Below are positions 63,709 to 64,000 of a stretch of DNA of 64,000 nt, in pieces. Position 1 is the stretch's first letter. Every line of letters starts with the position of its first letter. This DNA comes from a virus, in IMG/VR virus record IMGVR_UViG_3300033143_004212, positions 19,405-83,404 of that record; one strand, 5' to 3'. The position numbers and the translations under genes are program-made. A model generated the notes under the pieces. It did no database searches and was not told the DNA's origin. It saw only the letters and a program-made list of their open reading frames with translations.

Positions 63709-64000
63709 CTAGTTACTTGAATATTGGCTTTCACTCCATACATCCTTAAATAGTTTATCTAATTCTTCCTTTTGCGATTCATCAGTTATAATGAAAGCCG
63801 CGTCTGCAAATCCTGAGATTGCAAGGTTTATTCCTCCTGCTATATATAAGTCACCAATGTTGTATAGCTTTAAATGGGACTTTTGATGATATTTGATATT
63901 ATGAGTTAAATCTAACATATTTTCTGTATCTTCAAAACGTTCCATAACTGCTTGATAACGTTCTTCGCAATGTTTACATCCTTCAATACATTTATTAAAG
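63709..64000 (-). CDS. Partial hypothetical protein running off the window
   Basis: Frame stays open to the edge: FNKCIEGCKHCEERYQAVMERF...HLKLY...GGINL. Confidence 0.55.
   Translation of the reverse strand, partial: FNKCIEGCKHCEERYQAVMERFEDTENMLDLTHNIKYHQKSHLKLYNIGDLYIAGGINLAISGFADAAFIITDESQKEELDKLFKDVWSESQYSSN

Noticed and set aside
1-64000. Suppressor tRNA-Trp(TCA) or a phage release factor gene
   Set aside because: I saw no cloverleaf in the few intergenic gaps and no release-factor-like ORF. It may lie outside the window; tRNAscan-SE or ARAGORN is needed.

Overview
AT-rich segment of a large tailed phage with a long non-contractile-tail gene set, an SPbeta-like gene order (inferred), and Firmicutes-style sigma-A promoters and AGGAGG Shine-Dalgarno (SD) sites. 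The + strand (1-37631) runs terminase, portal, protease/scaffold, capsid, neck, tail tube, tape measure, Dit/Tal, fibres, lysis cassette and a second fibre-like cassette. The - strand (37672-64000) carries replication, nucleotide metabolism and translation accessory genes. The main result is that TGA is read as tryptophan (code-4-like). About 41 in-frame TGAs, counted by hand, interrupt about 22 genes, many at Trp positions that are invariant in the family (RNase HI, DHFR, ThyA, NrdJ, RuvC-like, NUMOD1). Every other gene I checked ends in TAA or TAG, and the four near-terminal TGAs are followed by TAA/TAG within 2-8 codons. The supplied code-11 ORF track therefore fragments or misses many genes. 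TGA use is uneven between genes and avoids a following T, which suggests regulated or competitive readthrough. A TGA-free cluster encodes a Pth2 peptidyl-tRNA hydrolase and a small ArfA/BrfA-like basic protein, which are candidate translation-control factors. Other oddities are an active amidase paired with a dead amidase, a stand-alone mini-homologue of the tape-measure core, a +1 frameshift in the tape measure gene, and a candidate late promoter motif. No tRNA or CRISPR array is visible in this window.
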